In this document: piece by piece, positions 19,463 to 29,421 of the stretch
How positions within the stretch are numbered: the stretch's first letter is position 1
How the letters are laid out: each line of letters starts with the position of its first letter
Virus record (IMG/VR): IMGVR_UViG_3300025120_009955
Location: 1 to 64,000 of that record
Reading direction: 5' to 3' (one strand)
DNA length: 64,000 nt
Source of the DNA: a virus
Translations under genes and position numbers: made by a program
Notes under the pieces: model-generated
Database searches by the model: none
What the model was told of the DNA's origin: nothing
The model's input: the letters and a program-made list of their open reading frames with translations, nothing else

Positions 19463-19708
19463 TCAAGTTGCCCATATTAATTTAAAGTAAGTTGCATCAC
19501 GTGGATCTTCAAATCTATACGCAAATCCTTCGTTTGACTCGTCCTTACCAGATCGCCAGCCGTGTAAGTGATAGTGGCCATGGCCAGGAGCGGTCTCTAA
19601 CCATTCTGCTATCAAAGGCGGTTTATGTGTAGGCTTCGTATTCATAGTGTCCCAAGTAATAATAACTTCGGTCCATTCCGGTGGAGGCCATTGCGAATCG
19701 TGTTTCAT
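19463..19708 (-). CDS. Hypothetical phage protein
   Basis: Ends YRFEDPRDATYFKLIW, a frequent phage small-protein motif. Confidence 0.6.
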   Translation of the reverse strand: MKHDSQWPPPEWTEVIITWDTMNTKPTHKPPLIAEWLETAPGHGHYHLHGWRSGKDESNEGFAYRFEDPRDATYFKLIWAT

Positions 19709-19977
19709 TTTACAGCTGAATATTTCATTTTGAAAAAAAGGTATTTCTTTTCGTCGACTATGTCATAATTTGGTAGTATACCGATATCTACATCATAGTA
19801 TATTTTTATACCATAACGTTCGGTTAGCCAAAATTGAAAGTCGACTGGATCTCCATCGGTTTCTTTATATTCTTCCTGGCACTTTGCTATACTAGCCCAC
19901 CAAACATCGCCTAGTATAGTGCCAATCCTATCTAGTTTACTATCATACAAGTAATTGTTATTAGTTCGCTTTGTCAT
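19705..19977 (-). CDS. Hypothetical phage protein
   Basis: Ends IVDEKKYLFFKMKY. Confidence 0.6.
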   Translation of the reverse strand: MTKRTNNNYLYDSKLDRIGTILGDVWWASIAKCQEEYKETDGDPVDFQFWLTERYGIKIYYDVDIGILPNYDIVDEKKYLFFKMKYSAVK

Positions 19978-20404
19978 GAAATACTATTCCGTTACAGTGA
20001 TCTAATTCGTGTTGATAACATATACTACCTAGGCCTTCAAACTGTCTAATAACTTCGTTCCCTTCATGATCCCAGAATCTAGCTACTACAGTTTTTGGTC
20101 TTTCTATCTTTAAAAATTCATCTGGAAAACTTAGGCATCCTTCTTGGTGTGTTATTAGTTCTTCACTGGATGCTAGTATTTCTGGATTAAAGCAATGATA
20201 CTCGTCTGCATCCACTTGCATTACAAAAACTTTACGACTAATACCTATCTGAGGCCCAGCAAGTCCGATACCACCATGGGCAGTCATAAATTCGATCATC
20301 CTCTTTGCCAGCATTAGATTTTGGCCAGGATTTTTAAATGTCATCGGCTTTCCGGATCTATATAAAACTTTTTTAGTTAATTTGAACTTGTTGGGTAATA
20401 TCAT
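19961..20404 (-). CDS. def: Peptide deformylase (C-terminally short, phage type)
   Basis: GIGLAGPQIG, EGCLS, QHELDH. Confidence 0.95.
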   Translation of the reverse strand: MILPNKFKLTKKVLYRSGKPMTFKNPGQNLMLAKRMIEFMTAHGGIGLAGPQIGISRKVFVMQVDADEYHCFNPEILASSEELITHQEGCLSFPDEFLKIERPKTVVARFWDHEGNEVIRQFEGLGSICYQHELDHCNGIVFHDKAN

Positions 20405-20649
20405 TTTTTAAAGAGTAATAAGTTATCCAGCGTTCCATTTCGTGGTAATCGTACCACACCCATTCATCATAGCCTGTCCTACTAACTTGTGGCCGGTCTT
20501 TAAGTTCTTCAACCATGGTATCAACATAATCTTTAATTTTGTATACCTTTTTTGGATCATCCCACACAGAAGTGCCGTCCTCGGCTATATATGATATAGT
20601 TAAAGTCATAGTCCATTTAGACTGGTTAACTTGTTTTATATTAAACATA
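20373..20649 (-). CDS. Hypothetical protein
   Basis: ORF; probable start at MFNIK, start coordinate approximate. Confidence 0.45.
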
Positions 20650-20731
20650 TTTACATTATATACTACTCGCAATAAAAGAGCAATTAAATTATAAGATAAA
20701 TACATTAAACAGAAATAAGGATTTATACAAT

Positions 20732-20986
20732 ATGTCAGCTAACGGAATAGCACATTTAGTCAGTAAACAGCTAAAGCAAGTAGGTAAATTAAATATTGCT
20801 GAAGCAAAACGTCAAGGTAAAACGGTAGCCACAGACGGAACTATTAGCGGCAGTGGCAATACAGCACAACCATTCTACCGTTCATTCAACCAACTTGATA
20901 TCGATCTGCTACCAACAAAGTATAGCGGTAATGCTGTTGTGGATAATGCTGGCACATTAATTCAAGGTCGACCTTGGGAAGAGTAA
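20732..20986 (+). CDS. Small late protein
   Basis: GATAAATA and AAGGA upstream; MSANGIAHL...LPTKY...GRPW. Confidence 0.6.
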   Translation: MSANGIAHLVSKQLKQVGKLNIAEAKRQGKTVATDGTISGSGNTAQPFYRSFNQLDIDLLPTKYSGNAVVDNAGTLIQGRPWEE

Positions 20987-21045
20987 CAATTAGGTTGATT
21001 TAAACTTATTGTTATGCAATCCACGTACCCAATAAATATTATACT

Positions 21046-22332
21046 ATGAATAAACTTACCTTTAGCGACAAATATCTTATACCCTGGTTAACACTATTAA
21101 GTGGACTAGCTATTTCAGCAATTGCTGTATGGTATAGTATTGCAGGACTTGTTGCTATATTTGCCGCAAGTGCAACAGCTATTATTGCAATGGGGGTAGT
21201 ACTAGAAGTAGGAAAATTAGTTACTGCTGTTTGGTTACATAGGAATTGGAACCACACAGTTCGTTGGCTTAAAAGTTATCTAGCCTTTGCTGTATTTTTC
21301 TTAATGGTTATTACATCAATGGGAATTTTTGGATTCCTATCAAAAGCACACATTGAACAAACATCAATGAGTGACGAACAGACAGCACAAATTGAAGTTA
21401 TAGATGAAAAAATTACTCGAGGCAATGCCAAGATCGATCGTTGGAATCAAGAAATGGAACGATTACTTAAAGGATCTGGTAGTAGTTCAACTGCACTAGT
21501 AGCTGGTGACCAAGATGCACTTAGCGATATTAGAGCATTAATTAAAGATGAAAAAGAAGTTGTACGTAAAGAAGCTCAAGATAGAATTAAAGTAGCACAA
21601 GACAGACGTGACGCTGATATAAAGGCCGCGGAAAATAGTAAACAGTCAGACCTAAAAGCGGCAGAAATTAGACTGAAGGACAGTTGGGGTGGTGGCGATG
21701 AATATGATAAGATAGTAGCAGGAGCCAAGCAGGCATTCAATAATCTAGTTAGCCAGGCCAAAGATAAAGAGAACACAGAAAGTACAGAAGCTAGAAAGGT
21801 ACAAAATACAAAACTAAAAGCTATTGACAAAAAGTACAAGAAAGAACTTAACGTATTAAACAAGCGTATTAACTCAGCTAATAAAGATGGTAAGTTAAAA
21901 TCTAAGCAGATTGATGTTCGTCTTAAGGAAATTGAAACAAATATTGTAACTGAACAGTCGGCACTGGATCTAGTACGTGAAGATAAAATGGTTTATGAAA
22001 AAGAATTCCGTAAACTAGAAGCTGAAGTTGGACCTGTAAAGTATATCGCTGAATTTGTTTACGGTCAACAAGCAGATAAAGAAATGCTTGAAAAAGCAGT
22101 ACGTTGGGTAATTATATTAATTATATTTGTATTTGATCCGCTAGCTGTATTAATGTTAATAGCAAGTCAATACTCATTCCGTTATGCACGAGGAGACCCA
22201 ACTGCAGAAACAAACGGAAAAACTAGGATCATCGAGAGAACTATCGAAGTTGATGCTGATGTAGATGGAGATACACCAAAAGATGTCAGAAAATTAGAAA
22301 AGAAAGTAAACAGTAAACTGGAGAAAAAATAA
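21046..22332 (+). CDS. Membrane-anchored coiled-coil protein of large myoviruses
   Basis: N-terminal TM helices, ITSMGIFGFLSKAH, long coiled coil, EAEVGPVKYIA, IFVFDPLAV. Confidence 0.75.
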   Translation: MNKLTFSDKYLIPWLTLLSGLAISAIAVWYSIAGLVAIFAASATAIIAMGVVLEVGKLVTAVWLHRNWNHTVRWLKSYLAFAVFFLMVITSMGIFGFLSKAHIEQTSMSDEQTAQIEVIDEKITRGNAKIDRWNQEMERLLKGSGSSSTALVAGDQDALSDIRALIKDEKEVVRKEAQDRIKVAQDRRDADIKAAENSKQSDLKAAEIRLKDSWGGGDEYDKIVAGAKQAFNNLVSQAKDKENTESTEARKVQNTKLKAIDKKYKKELNVLNKRINSANKDGKLKSKQIDVRLKEIETNIVTEQSALDLVREDKMVYEKEFRKLEAEVGPVKYIAEFVYGQQADKEMLEKAVRWVIILIIFVFDPLAVLMLIASQYSFRYARGDPTAETNGKTRIIERTIEVDADVDGDTPKDVRKLEKKVNSKLEKK

Positions 22333-22568
22333 TGGCCGCACCACAACAAGCAATAGATAACATTTGGGAAAAGTACAGAACTGCTTTAAAAGCATTAGAA
22401 GATTCCCTAGATGAAAACAATGTTCTTGGTATAAAGAACAAACAGGCTCTGGATGAAAATGAGTTACTGAAGCAAAAATTAAAAGACGCTGGAATTGATT
22501 GGCAATCACCGGCCGATATTATTGAGCTTGAGAAAAGACTTGAAGCTAGACTAGCGAAGAATGGCTAA
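22332..22568 (+). CDS. Small coiled-coil protein
   Basis: TAATG-coupled; shares IWxKYRTAL motif with the next gene. Confidence 0.6.
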   Translation: MAAPQQAIDNIWEKYRTALKALEDSLDENNVLGIKNKQALDENELLKQKLKDAGIDWQSPADIIELEKRLEARLAKNG

Positions 22569-23067
22569 CGATCAAGACGCCCTGGATCTTATATGGAAGA
22601 AGTATAGAACTGCCCTAATTCATTTAGAGCGGGCTCTTGATGAGTTAGAATCAAAACCAAAAGAAATAGAAGTTATCAAAGAAGTTGAAAAGATAGTTCA
22701 ACGACCATTCGAATTACCATTAACAGACGACGATAGTGATAATGCCTATACTGGACGTATTACTAAAGATGCTGTTGCAGGATTTGGTGAAAAATTTCCA
22801 GACTTCCCTGATGTCGGAGAACTATTCCTACGTGTAGACTTTAAGCCTCATAGACTTTTTAAATGGAATGGTAAACTGTGGAGCGAGCTTGCTGACTCAT
22901 CAGAAACCGGCGGTTATGTGTTTAATGAGTCATATATAAAGTATATAACAAGAGAAGTTATACAAGGCAGATTACAATTAAGTAATCTAAGTATACCGGA
23001 AAAAGAAGCAGTATTAAATAACACAAATTACAATCAGCAACAGGTAATAGCTAGCCATCAAAAATAA
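22561..23067 (+). CDS. Hypothetical phage protein
   Basis: FG..FP..P..G..FLRVD..P.RLFKWNG..W motif. Confidence 0.65.
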   Translation: MANDQDALDLIWKKYRTALIHLERALDELESKPKEIEVIKEVEKIVQRPFELPLTDDDSDNAYTGRITKDAVAGFGEKFPDFPDVGELFLRVDFKPHRLFKWNGKLWSELADSSETGGYVFNESYIKYITREVIQGRLQLSNLSIPEKEAVLNNTNYNQQQVIASHQK

Positions 23068-23078
23068 AGGAATACTCA

Positions 23079-23252
23079 ATGATCATAAAAGAAGCAGTTA
23101 GAATACTGTATGATATTAGTCGCGAAGTTGGTAATATCGATGGAGAACTAGCACGTCAAATACAGATTTGTGCCGAACAGTTAAGAATGAAAAAAGAGGA
23201 ACGTACAAGTCTCGAATGCAATAAATATCTAAGTATTAATAAAGAGGAGTAG
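23079..23252 (+). CDS. Small unannotated ORF (57 aa)
   Basis: AAGGAA RBS; MIIKEAVRILYDISRE...; fills the intergenic gap. Confidence 0.5.
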   Translation: MIIKEAVRILYDISREVGNIDGELARQIQICAEQLRMKKEERTSLECNKYLSINKEE

Positions 23253-23256
23253 TTAA

Positions 23257-24036
23257 ATGAAGAAAGTATTATTAGCAACACTTTTAGCAATGTCAACATT
23301 GGCAGTAGCTGAAGACCAAGTAGCAGTAGAAGAAATTACTGAAGATCAAGAGTCTGGCGGTTTGTCAGCTTATGTTACAGGAACATCAGAATATCTCTGG
23401 CGTGGCCTAAAACAATCACAAGGTGATCCAGCGGCTCAAGCTGGTATTGACTATGACTTCAATAACGGCTTTTACATTGGTACTTGGGCAAGTACAGTAA
23501 AATGGACTGAAGAAGGCTATATGAATAACAATGACTTTGAAACAAATTTCTTTGGCGGTTACGCTGATCAAATTGGTGATACAGGAGTTGGCTATGATGT
23601 AGGACTTTTACAATACTATTTCCCTGGCAATAACAAAAGTGGTGTAGCAGATACAGATGCTACTGAAGCATACGTTGGTCTTAACAAAGACTTCGGTACT
23701 ACTAACCTAGCTGTAAAATATTCACAAGTATTAAGTGATGACGCTTGGGGTATTGGCGATGCTAAAGGATCAAAATACTACGAAGCCAATTGGACAGTTC
23801 CAGTGACAAGTACAATTACTGCACTAGCACACGTAGGACGTTCGAACTTCGATGGATCAGCTAATGGCTCTCTAGATTATACAGATTGGTCATTAGGTGC
23901 AGAATATGCGTGGAATGATCACCTAACACTAGGTGCTGGATGGTCGGACACTAATGCAAAAGATTCATTATGGACACTTGATGGTGAGAAACAAGGTGAA
24001 GGTCAAGCTATAATGTGGACAACCTGGGCATTTTAA
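23257..24036 (+). CDS. TorF-family (TIGR02001-like) outer-membrane porin
   Basis: Signal peptide, SEYLWRGLKQS...PAAQAGIDY...GFYIGTWAS, C-terminal F. Confidence 0.85.
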   Translation: MKKVLLATLLAMSTLAVAEDQVAVEEITEDQESGGLSAYVTGTSEYLWRGLKQSQGDPAAQAGIDYDFNNGFYIGTWASTVKWTEEGYMNNNDFETNFFGGYADQIGDTGVGYDVGLLQYYFPGNNKSGVADTDATEAYVGLNKDFGTTNLAVKYSQVLSDDAWGIGDAKGSKYYEANWTVPVTSTITALAHVGRSNFDGSANGSLDYTDWSLGAEYAWNDHLTLGAGWSDTNAKDSLWTLDGEKQGEGQAIMWTTWAF

Positions 24037-24377
24037 TGAGTAGATTTATAACATATCCAGACGTTGTAACAGTAGATCCAGAACATCACAAGATATTAGT
24101 CGTGGGTGCAACTGCCCACGAACTAGTACAAATGGAAAGATTTATGAGTACAAGTACATTAGATTTTGATGTATATCTTTATAAAGGTGATGAACACGAT
24201 CTAGAATGGTTAAGCAATATTTCAACACACGACAATAAAGTTCCTCTTACGTTAATTAAAGAAGGTAGTGTAGTGTCAGTAACAAGTGCAACCACCTATA
24301 TGGGCGAGGATCTGTTAAGTCATTTTGAGCAAATTGAAAAAGAATCACTTGACCATACAGTGCATTCGAGTGTATAA
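24036..24377 (+). CDS. Hypothetical phage protein
   Basis: TAATG-coupled start, SRFITYPD. Confidence 0.6.
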   Translation: MSRFITYPDVVTVDPEHHKILVVGATAHELVQMERFMSTSTLDFDVYLYKGDEHDLEWLSNISTHDNKVPLTLIKEGSVVSVTSATTYMGEDLLSHFEQIEKESLDHTVHSSV

Positions 24378-24417
24378 TAACTAGATAGATAATAATAATG
24401 TTAACATAAGGAATCGA

Positions 24418-24660
24418 ATGGCTGTAAATAATTTTGATAATACGTTAAAAGGAAACACTGTCTACGTAAAAGACGGCAGAGTTGACCAAGCACTACGTAA
24501 GTTTAAAAAGAAAATCCAAGATAGTGGGTTACTACAAGAAATGCGTGACCGTGGATTTTACGAAAAACCGACATCTGTGCGTAAACGTAAAGCATCAGCC
24601 GCTAAGAACCGTTGGCAGAAAAAATTAGCTAGTCAAGTATTACCAAAGAAGTTGTACTAA
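24418..24660 (+). CDS. rpsU: Ribosomal protein bS21
   Basis: [11 protein letters not shown]...[12 protein letters not shown]. Confidence 0.93.
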   Translation: MAVNNFDNTLKGNTVYVKDGRVDQALRKFKKKIQDSGLLQEMRDRGFYEKPTSVRKRKASAAKNRWQKKLASQVLPKKLY

Positions 24661-24673
24661 ACAGTAAAAAAAG

Positions 24674-24745
24674 TATAAATAATTGTAGAGAGTGCCTTAG
24701 GGGCTCTTATTTTATAGATCTTGCTTAATTAAAGGAGAAAAAACT
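24674..24745 (+). promoter_or_regulatory. Late promoter plus ROSE-like two-hairpin leader of dnaK
   Basis: TATAAATA; AGAG-TGCC-TTAG-GGG-CTCT hairpin; TCTTGCTTAATTAAAGGAGA. Confidence 0.7.
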
Positions 24746-26701
24746 ATGTCTAAGATCATCGGTATTGATTTAGGAACCACAAACAGTTGCGTGTCAGTCC
24801 TAGAAAACAACAAACCCAAAGTAATAGAAAATGCAGAAGGTGCAAGAACAACACCTAGTATCGTCGCCTATGGCGGTGAAGAAGTGCTTGTAGGTGCCCC
24901 TGCTAAACGTCAAGCAGTATCAAATCCAAAGAAAACAATATATGGCTCGAAACGTCTAATTGGACGTAAGTTCGATGAAGAAGCAGTACAGAAAGACATC
25001 GACATAATGCCATACAGTATTGTAAAAAATAAGAATGGTGATGCTTGGGTTCAAGTAGATAAAGAAAAAATAGCACCACCGCAAATATCTGCAGAAGTTC
25101 TTAAGAAAATGAAACTTACAGCAGAGGACTATCTTGGAGAAACAGTAACTGAAGCAGTAATTACTGTTCCAGCATACTTTAATGATAGCCAAAGACAAGC
25201 AACAAAAGATGCAGGTAAAATTGCTGGGCTTGATGTTAAAAGAATTATCAACGAGCCTACAGCGGCCGCTTTAGCATTTGGAATGGATAAAAAAACTAAA
25301 GGCGACAGTAAAATTGCAGTCTATGACCTAGGTGGTGGTACATTTGATGTCTCTATTATTGATATCAGTAACATCGACGGTGAGCAACAATTTGAAGTGT
25401 TATCCACAAATGGAGATACATTCCTTGGTGGTGAAGATTTCGATCAAGCATTAATGAATTATCTAGTAGATGAATTTACTAAAGATGCTGGAGTTGATCT
25501 TTCAAAAGATCCAATAGCTTTGCAAAGACTTAAAGAAGCCGCAGAAAAAGCTAAGATTGAATTATCAAGCAACTCACAGACTGAAGTTAATTTACCGTAT
25601 ATTACTGCAGATGCAAATGGACCAAAACATTTAGCTGTTAAAGTTACTCGTGCTAAGTTTGAATCATTAACAGAAGATCTAGTTAAGCGTTCGATTGATC
25701 CTTGCAAGATAGCATTAAAAGACGCAGGAATTGATACCAGTGAGATCAATGACATTATCTTAGTTGGTGGACAAACACGTATGCCTGCTGTACAAAGTGC
25801 AGTAGAAACATTGTTTGGCAAAGCACCACGTAAGGATGTTAATCCAGACGAAGCAGTAGCAGTTGGTGCCGCGATACAAGGGGCAGTACTTGGTGGTGAT
25901 AAGAATGATGTATTGCTATTAGATGTTACTCCACTATCATTAGGTATTGAAACACTTGGTGGGGTATTAACCAAGCTAATTAAGAAAAATACAACAATAC
26001 CAACAAAAGCTAGTCAAACATTTTCAACAGCTGATGATAATCAACCAGCAGTAACAGTTGTGATAGCACAAGGCGAGCGTGATTTTGTTAAAGATAATAA
26101 AAATCTTGGACAGTTTGTGCTAGATGGTATTGAGCCAGCACCACGTGGTATGCCACAGATTGAAATTAGTCTTGATGTTGATGCTAACGGTATCTTAAAA
26201 GTAACAGCTCAAGATAAAAAAACTGGTAAAGAAAATAATATCACAATTAAAGCTAACTCAGGACTAAGCGAAGACGAAATTGAGGCAATGGTCCAAGATG
26301 CTGAAGCTAATGCTGATGCAGATAAAAAAGCTAGAGAGCTTGTTGAAACTAAGAATCAAGCAGAAGCAATGCTACATTCAGTTGATAAAGATCTTGAAGA
26401 ATACGGTGATAAAATTACTGCAGACGAACGCAAGGCAGTTGAGGAATCAATTGCTAAGTTGAGAGAAGAACTTAAAGACGGTGATAATCTAGACGCTGAA
26501 CAGGTCAAAGAATTAATTACCAAGTTAGCAGAACCATTGGGAGCATTAATGAAAGCTAAACAGGCGGCTGAAACTCCACCTGAAGTTAACCCAGGTGCTA
26601 AAACAGATTCAGGAAAAACAGCCGACGATGTAGTAGATGCTGAATATACTGAAGTTAAAGAAGACGATGATGCCGATAAAGGGTCATCTGATAAAAAGTA
26701 A
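24746..26701 (+). CDS. dnaK: Chaperone DnaK (Hsp70)
   Basis: [32 protein letters not shown]. Confidence 0.98.
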   Translation: MSKIIGIDLGTTNSCVSVLENNKPKVIENAEGARTTPSIVAYGGEEVLVGAPAKRQAVSNPKKTIYGSKRLIGRKFDEEAVQKDIDIMPYSIVKNKNGDAWVQVDKEKIAPPQISAEVLKKMKLTAEDYLGETVTEAVITVPAYFNDSQRQATKDAGKIAGLDVKRIINEPTAAALAFGMDKKTKGDSKIAVYDLGGGTFDVSIIDISNIDGEQQFEVLSTNGDTFLGGEDFDQALMNYLVDEFTKDAGVDLSKDPIALQRLKEAAEKAKIELSSNSQTEVNLPYITADANGPKHLAVKVTRAKFESLTEDLVKRSIDPCKIALKDAGIDTSEINDIILVGGQTRMPAVQSAVETLFGKAPRKDVNPDEAVAVGAAIQGAVLGGDKNDVLLLDVTPLSLGIETLGGVLTKLIKKNTTIPTKASQTFSTADDNQPAVTVVIAQGERDFVKDNKNLGQFVLDGIEPAPRGMPQIEISLDVDANGILKVTAQDKKTGKENNITIKANSGLSEDEIEAMVQDAEANADADKKARELVETKNQAEAMLHSVDKDLEEYGDKITADERKAVEESIAKLREELKDGDNLDAEQVKELITKLAEPLGALMKAKQAAETPPEVNPGAKTDSGKTADDVVDAEYTEVKEDDDADKGSSDKK

Positions 26702-26721
26702 TCTTGCTTATTATAAGGAGA
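26666..26721 (+). promoter_or_regulatory. ROSE-like two-hairpin leader of hsp20; first hairpin lies inside the dnaK 3' end
   Basis: GATGA-TGCC-GATAAA-GGG-TCATC; TCTTGCTTATTATAAGGAGA. Confidence 0.7.
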
Positions 26722-26728
26722 GCAAACA

Positions 26729-27187
26729 ATGAAACAACTATATGTTAATAGCAAACTTGTAGGTGACTTGGATATGCCAAGCATCTTACGACAAGCTGTA
26801 GGATTTGATCAAATATTTAATGAACTACATAAGAATATTGGTCCAAATACTTCTAATAACTATCCACCATACAATATCATAAAGAAAAGTGATACTGCTT
26901 ACAGTATTGAAGTAGCTGTGGCTGGATTCAATGAATCAGAATTAGACATTGAGGTCGAAAACGGTCAACTACACGTGATAGGGGACGCATCAAACAGAGC
27001 TGAATCTGATAATGAATACCTACATCAAGGTATTGCACTACGCAATTTTGATAGAACATTTACTATAGCAGAAAATGTAGAAATTAAAGGAGCAGTAGTT
27101 AAAAATGGTCTATTAGCCATTGATATGGAACATATAATTCCAGAGTCAGCTAAGCCAAAAAAGATTGCAATTACCTTTCAGAAGTAG
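26729..27187 (+). CDS. ibpA: Small heat-shock protein Hsp20 (IbpA-like)
   Basis: NYPPYNI, AVAGF, YLHQGIA.R.F, NGLL.I, PKKIAI. Confidence 0.92.
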   Translation: MKQLYVNSKLVGDLDMPSILRQAVGFDQIFNELHKNIGPNTSNNYPPYNIIKKSDTAYSIEVAVAGFNESELDIEVENGQLHVIGDASNRAESDNEYLHQGIALRNFDRTFTIAENVEIKGAVVKNGLLAIDMEHIIPESAKPKKIAITFQK

Positions 27188-27258
27188 TATAATAACTATG
27201 TTGGGGTAGTTTTCCTACCCCACATTAAACAATGACAATTTATAAAGAAAAGGATAAT

Positions 27259-27567
27259 ATGGGAACGAAAGTCGTAGCTAAAACAAAGCCAACCCCGAAC
27301 TTTGATCTTAAAGAACCATTACAGTATAAGGTAATTTATATCAATGATGAAGTTACCACAATGGATTTTGTCATTATGAGTCTGATAACTGTGTTTAATC
27401 ACAGTCCAGAAATGGCTCAATCATTATGTGATGAAGTTCACGAGAAAGGTGCTGGTACAGCCGCAATTATGCCATATGAAATGGCAGAACAAAAAGGTGT
27501 AGAAGTTACCCAACTTGCACGTAATGCTGGATTTCCATTACAAATCAAACTAGAACCTACTGAGTAA
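27259..27567 (+). CDS. clpS: N-degron adaptor ClpS
   Basis: YKVIYINDEVTTMDFVI...VHEKG...AEQK...GFPL; start at the ATG following AAGGA. Confidence 0.92.
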   Translation: MGTKVVAKTKPTPNFDLKEPLQYKVIYINDEVTTMDFVIMSLITVFNHSPEMAQSLCDEVHEKGAGTAAIMPYEMAEQKGVEVTQLARNAGFPLQIKLEPTE

Positions 27568-28022
27568 TGATATTCAATAACATCAAAGAGTTAAAGAAAA
27601 AAGGATTAAAAATAGGAATAACATTTTCTACATTTGATCTACTACACGCAGGGCATATTGCTATGCTGTCAGAAGCTAAAAATCACTGCGATTATCTTAT
27701 TGCTGGTTTACAAACAGATCCTACACTAGATAGGACTAATAAAAATTCACCAATACAAACAGTTGTAGAAAGACAGATACAGTTACAGGCAACTAGATAT
27801 GTAGATGAGATTGTGGTATATCAAACTGAAAAAGACCTTGAGGATATATTACTTACTTTACCAATTGATGTTAGAATATTAGGCATAGAGTATAAAGATA
27901 AACCATTTACTGGTGATGATATCTGTGTAAAAAGAGATATTGAATTAATATTCAACGGCAGAGATCATTCATTTAGTTCAAGTAACTTACGAAAACGAGT
28001 TGCAGAAACGGAGAACAAATAA
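27567..28022 (+). CDS. Cytidylyltransferase (TagD-like)
   Basis: TFDLLHAGH, RDHSFSSS. Confidence 0.88.
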   Translation: MIFNNIKELKKKGLKIGITFSTFDLLHAGHIAMLSEAKNHCDYLIAGLQTDPTLDRTNKNSPIQTVVERQIQLQATRYVDEIVVYQTEKDLEDILLTLPIDVRILGIEYKDKPFTGDDICVKRDIELIFNGRDHSFSSSNLRKRVAETENK

Positions 28023-28555
28023 TGGATATAATGCTAGACTTAGAAACTCTAAGCACAAAACCAGATGCAACTGTTCTTACTTTTGGTGCCTGTAAGTTTA
28101 ATCCCTATAAACAAGAAGACATAGACAAAGGTATATACTTCCGTATCAATGTAGATGAACAAATTACATTAGGAAGAGATGTTGATGACAGTACTGTTGA
28201 ATGGTGGGGTAAACAAGCAGAAGATGTGCGTGAAGAAGCACTAGGCGATGGCGATCGAATTACACTAGAGCAGTTTACAAAAGAATTAAATAGATTTATA
28301 GTAGGTGCAAAAAATATTTGGGCACAAGGTCCAGTATTTGATATTGTTATATTAGAAAACTTATATAGGCAATTAGGACTTCCGTGTCCATGGCAGTTTT
28401 GGCAAATTCGCGATAGTAGAACACTATTAAGTACACACGGTGATCCAAGAGAAAAGAACAAGGTAGGATTGCACAACGCCCTAGAAGATGCAGTTAGCCA
28501 AGCACAAGCAGTTCAACACGTATTCAATGCGTGTAGTATAACGGAGAAAAGATAA
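28022..28555 (+). CDS. DEDDh 3'-5' exonuclease (DexA/Rv2179c-like)
   Basis: MLDLETL, FD, RDSRT, HNALEDA. Confidence 0.88.
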   Translation: MDIMLDLETLSTKPDATVLTFGACKFNPYKQEDIDKGIYFRINVDEQITLGRDVDDSTVEWWGKQAEDVREEALGDGDRITLEQFTKELNRFIVGAKNIWAQGPVFDIVILENLYRQLGLPCPWQFWQIRDSRTLLSTHGDPREKNKVGLHNALEDAVSQAQAVQHVFNACSITEKR

Positions 28556-28872
28556 TGCAGTTAATATTTGGTAAAGATAATGCAGAAAAACTTAGAGAAA
28601 GGTATGTTGTACTGGATCTAGAAACTGTAGAAAAAGATGGAGTAAGCATTGAAGTATACTGTCTAATACCAGGTGATAAAATAGGACTGCCAGATATGCC
28701 ACAGATAGACAATTGGACAAAATTACATCACGAAATGATGGATGGATTTCACACTCAACAATACAAATATGTTCGTGATGCCATTGAACACCTAATGGGT
28801 AAGTTCGGTGGAGAAGTAGATACATTCTATACAGAAATACTTGGCCGAATCGACAAAGCCGAATCTGAATAA
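28555..28872 (+). CDS. Small protein resembling the C-terminal part of class III cyclases
   Basis: Aligns by eye with the C-terminus of 43642..45654. Confidence 0.45.
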   Translation: MQLIFGKDNAEKLRERYVVLDLETVEKDGVSIEVYCLIPGDKIGLPDMPQIDNWTKLHHEMMDGFHTQQYKYVRDAIEHLMGKFGGEVDTFYTEILGRIDKAESE

Positions 28873-28962
28873 TATTATATAACTCCTTTTAAAACCCACT
28901 TAAATTAACAACCACTATTTCTCTAACCTAAAACCACGATAAATACTCGTGGAGACTAGACA

Positions 28963-29421
28963 ATGAGACACGTAATATTGGTGTTACTTTTCAGCTTGAC
29001 ATTTCTATTCAAGCCAGTAGTAGCACAACCACTTAAAGATTTTACATTTAAAAGCCCAGCCTTTAATGGTAATGGGTATTCTGCACACGTCTTAACAATA
29101 GAAAACCAAGAACATTCACGTAAAAAAGCTATCGCAGAAAAGATAGAAGCCAAACTAAAACAAGAACAAGCAGACGCAGAAAATACTAATGTTAAAAAAT
29201 TCATGAGCAACTTAGAATCACGTATATATGCTCAAATATCACAGGACGTTGCCACAGCAATGTTTAACGATGATGGCTCATCACCAACATCAGGTTCACT
29301 AAACTTTGAAGGAAATATTATTACTTGGGATAAAAGCTCAGGTGACATAGTGCTAGGGGTTACAGATTTAGTAGGAACAACTACTACATTGACAATACCG
29401 TTAGGTGATTTTACATTCTAA
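28963..29421 (+). CDS. csgF: Curli assembly protein CsgF-like
   Basis: Signal peptide, FKSPAFNG, F..NLESRIYAQIS; directly upstream of csgG. Confidence 0.8.
   Translation: MRHVILVLLFSLTFLFKPVVAQPLKDFTFKSPAFNGNGYSAHVLTIENQEHSRKKAIAEKIEAKLKQEQADAENTNVKKFMSNLESRIYAQISQDVATAMFNDDGSSPTSGSLNFEGNIITWDKSSGDIVLGVTDLVGTTTTLTIPLGDFTF

Noticed and set aside
25459-25974. Long antisense ORFs within dnaK (similar ones in groEL, csgG and nrdB)
   Set aside because: They are expected from sense-strand codon bias and have no RBS or recognisable motifs.
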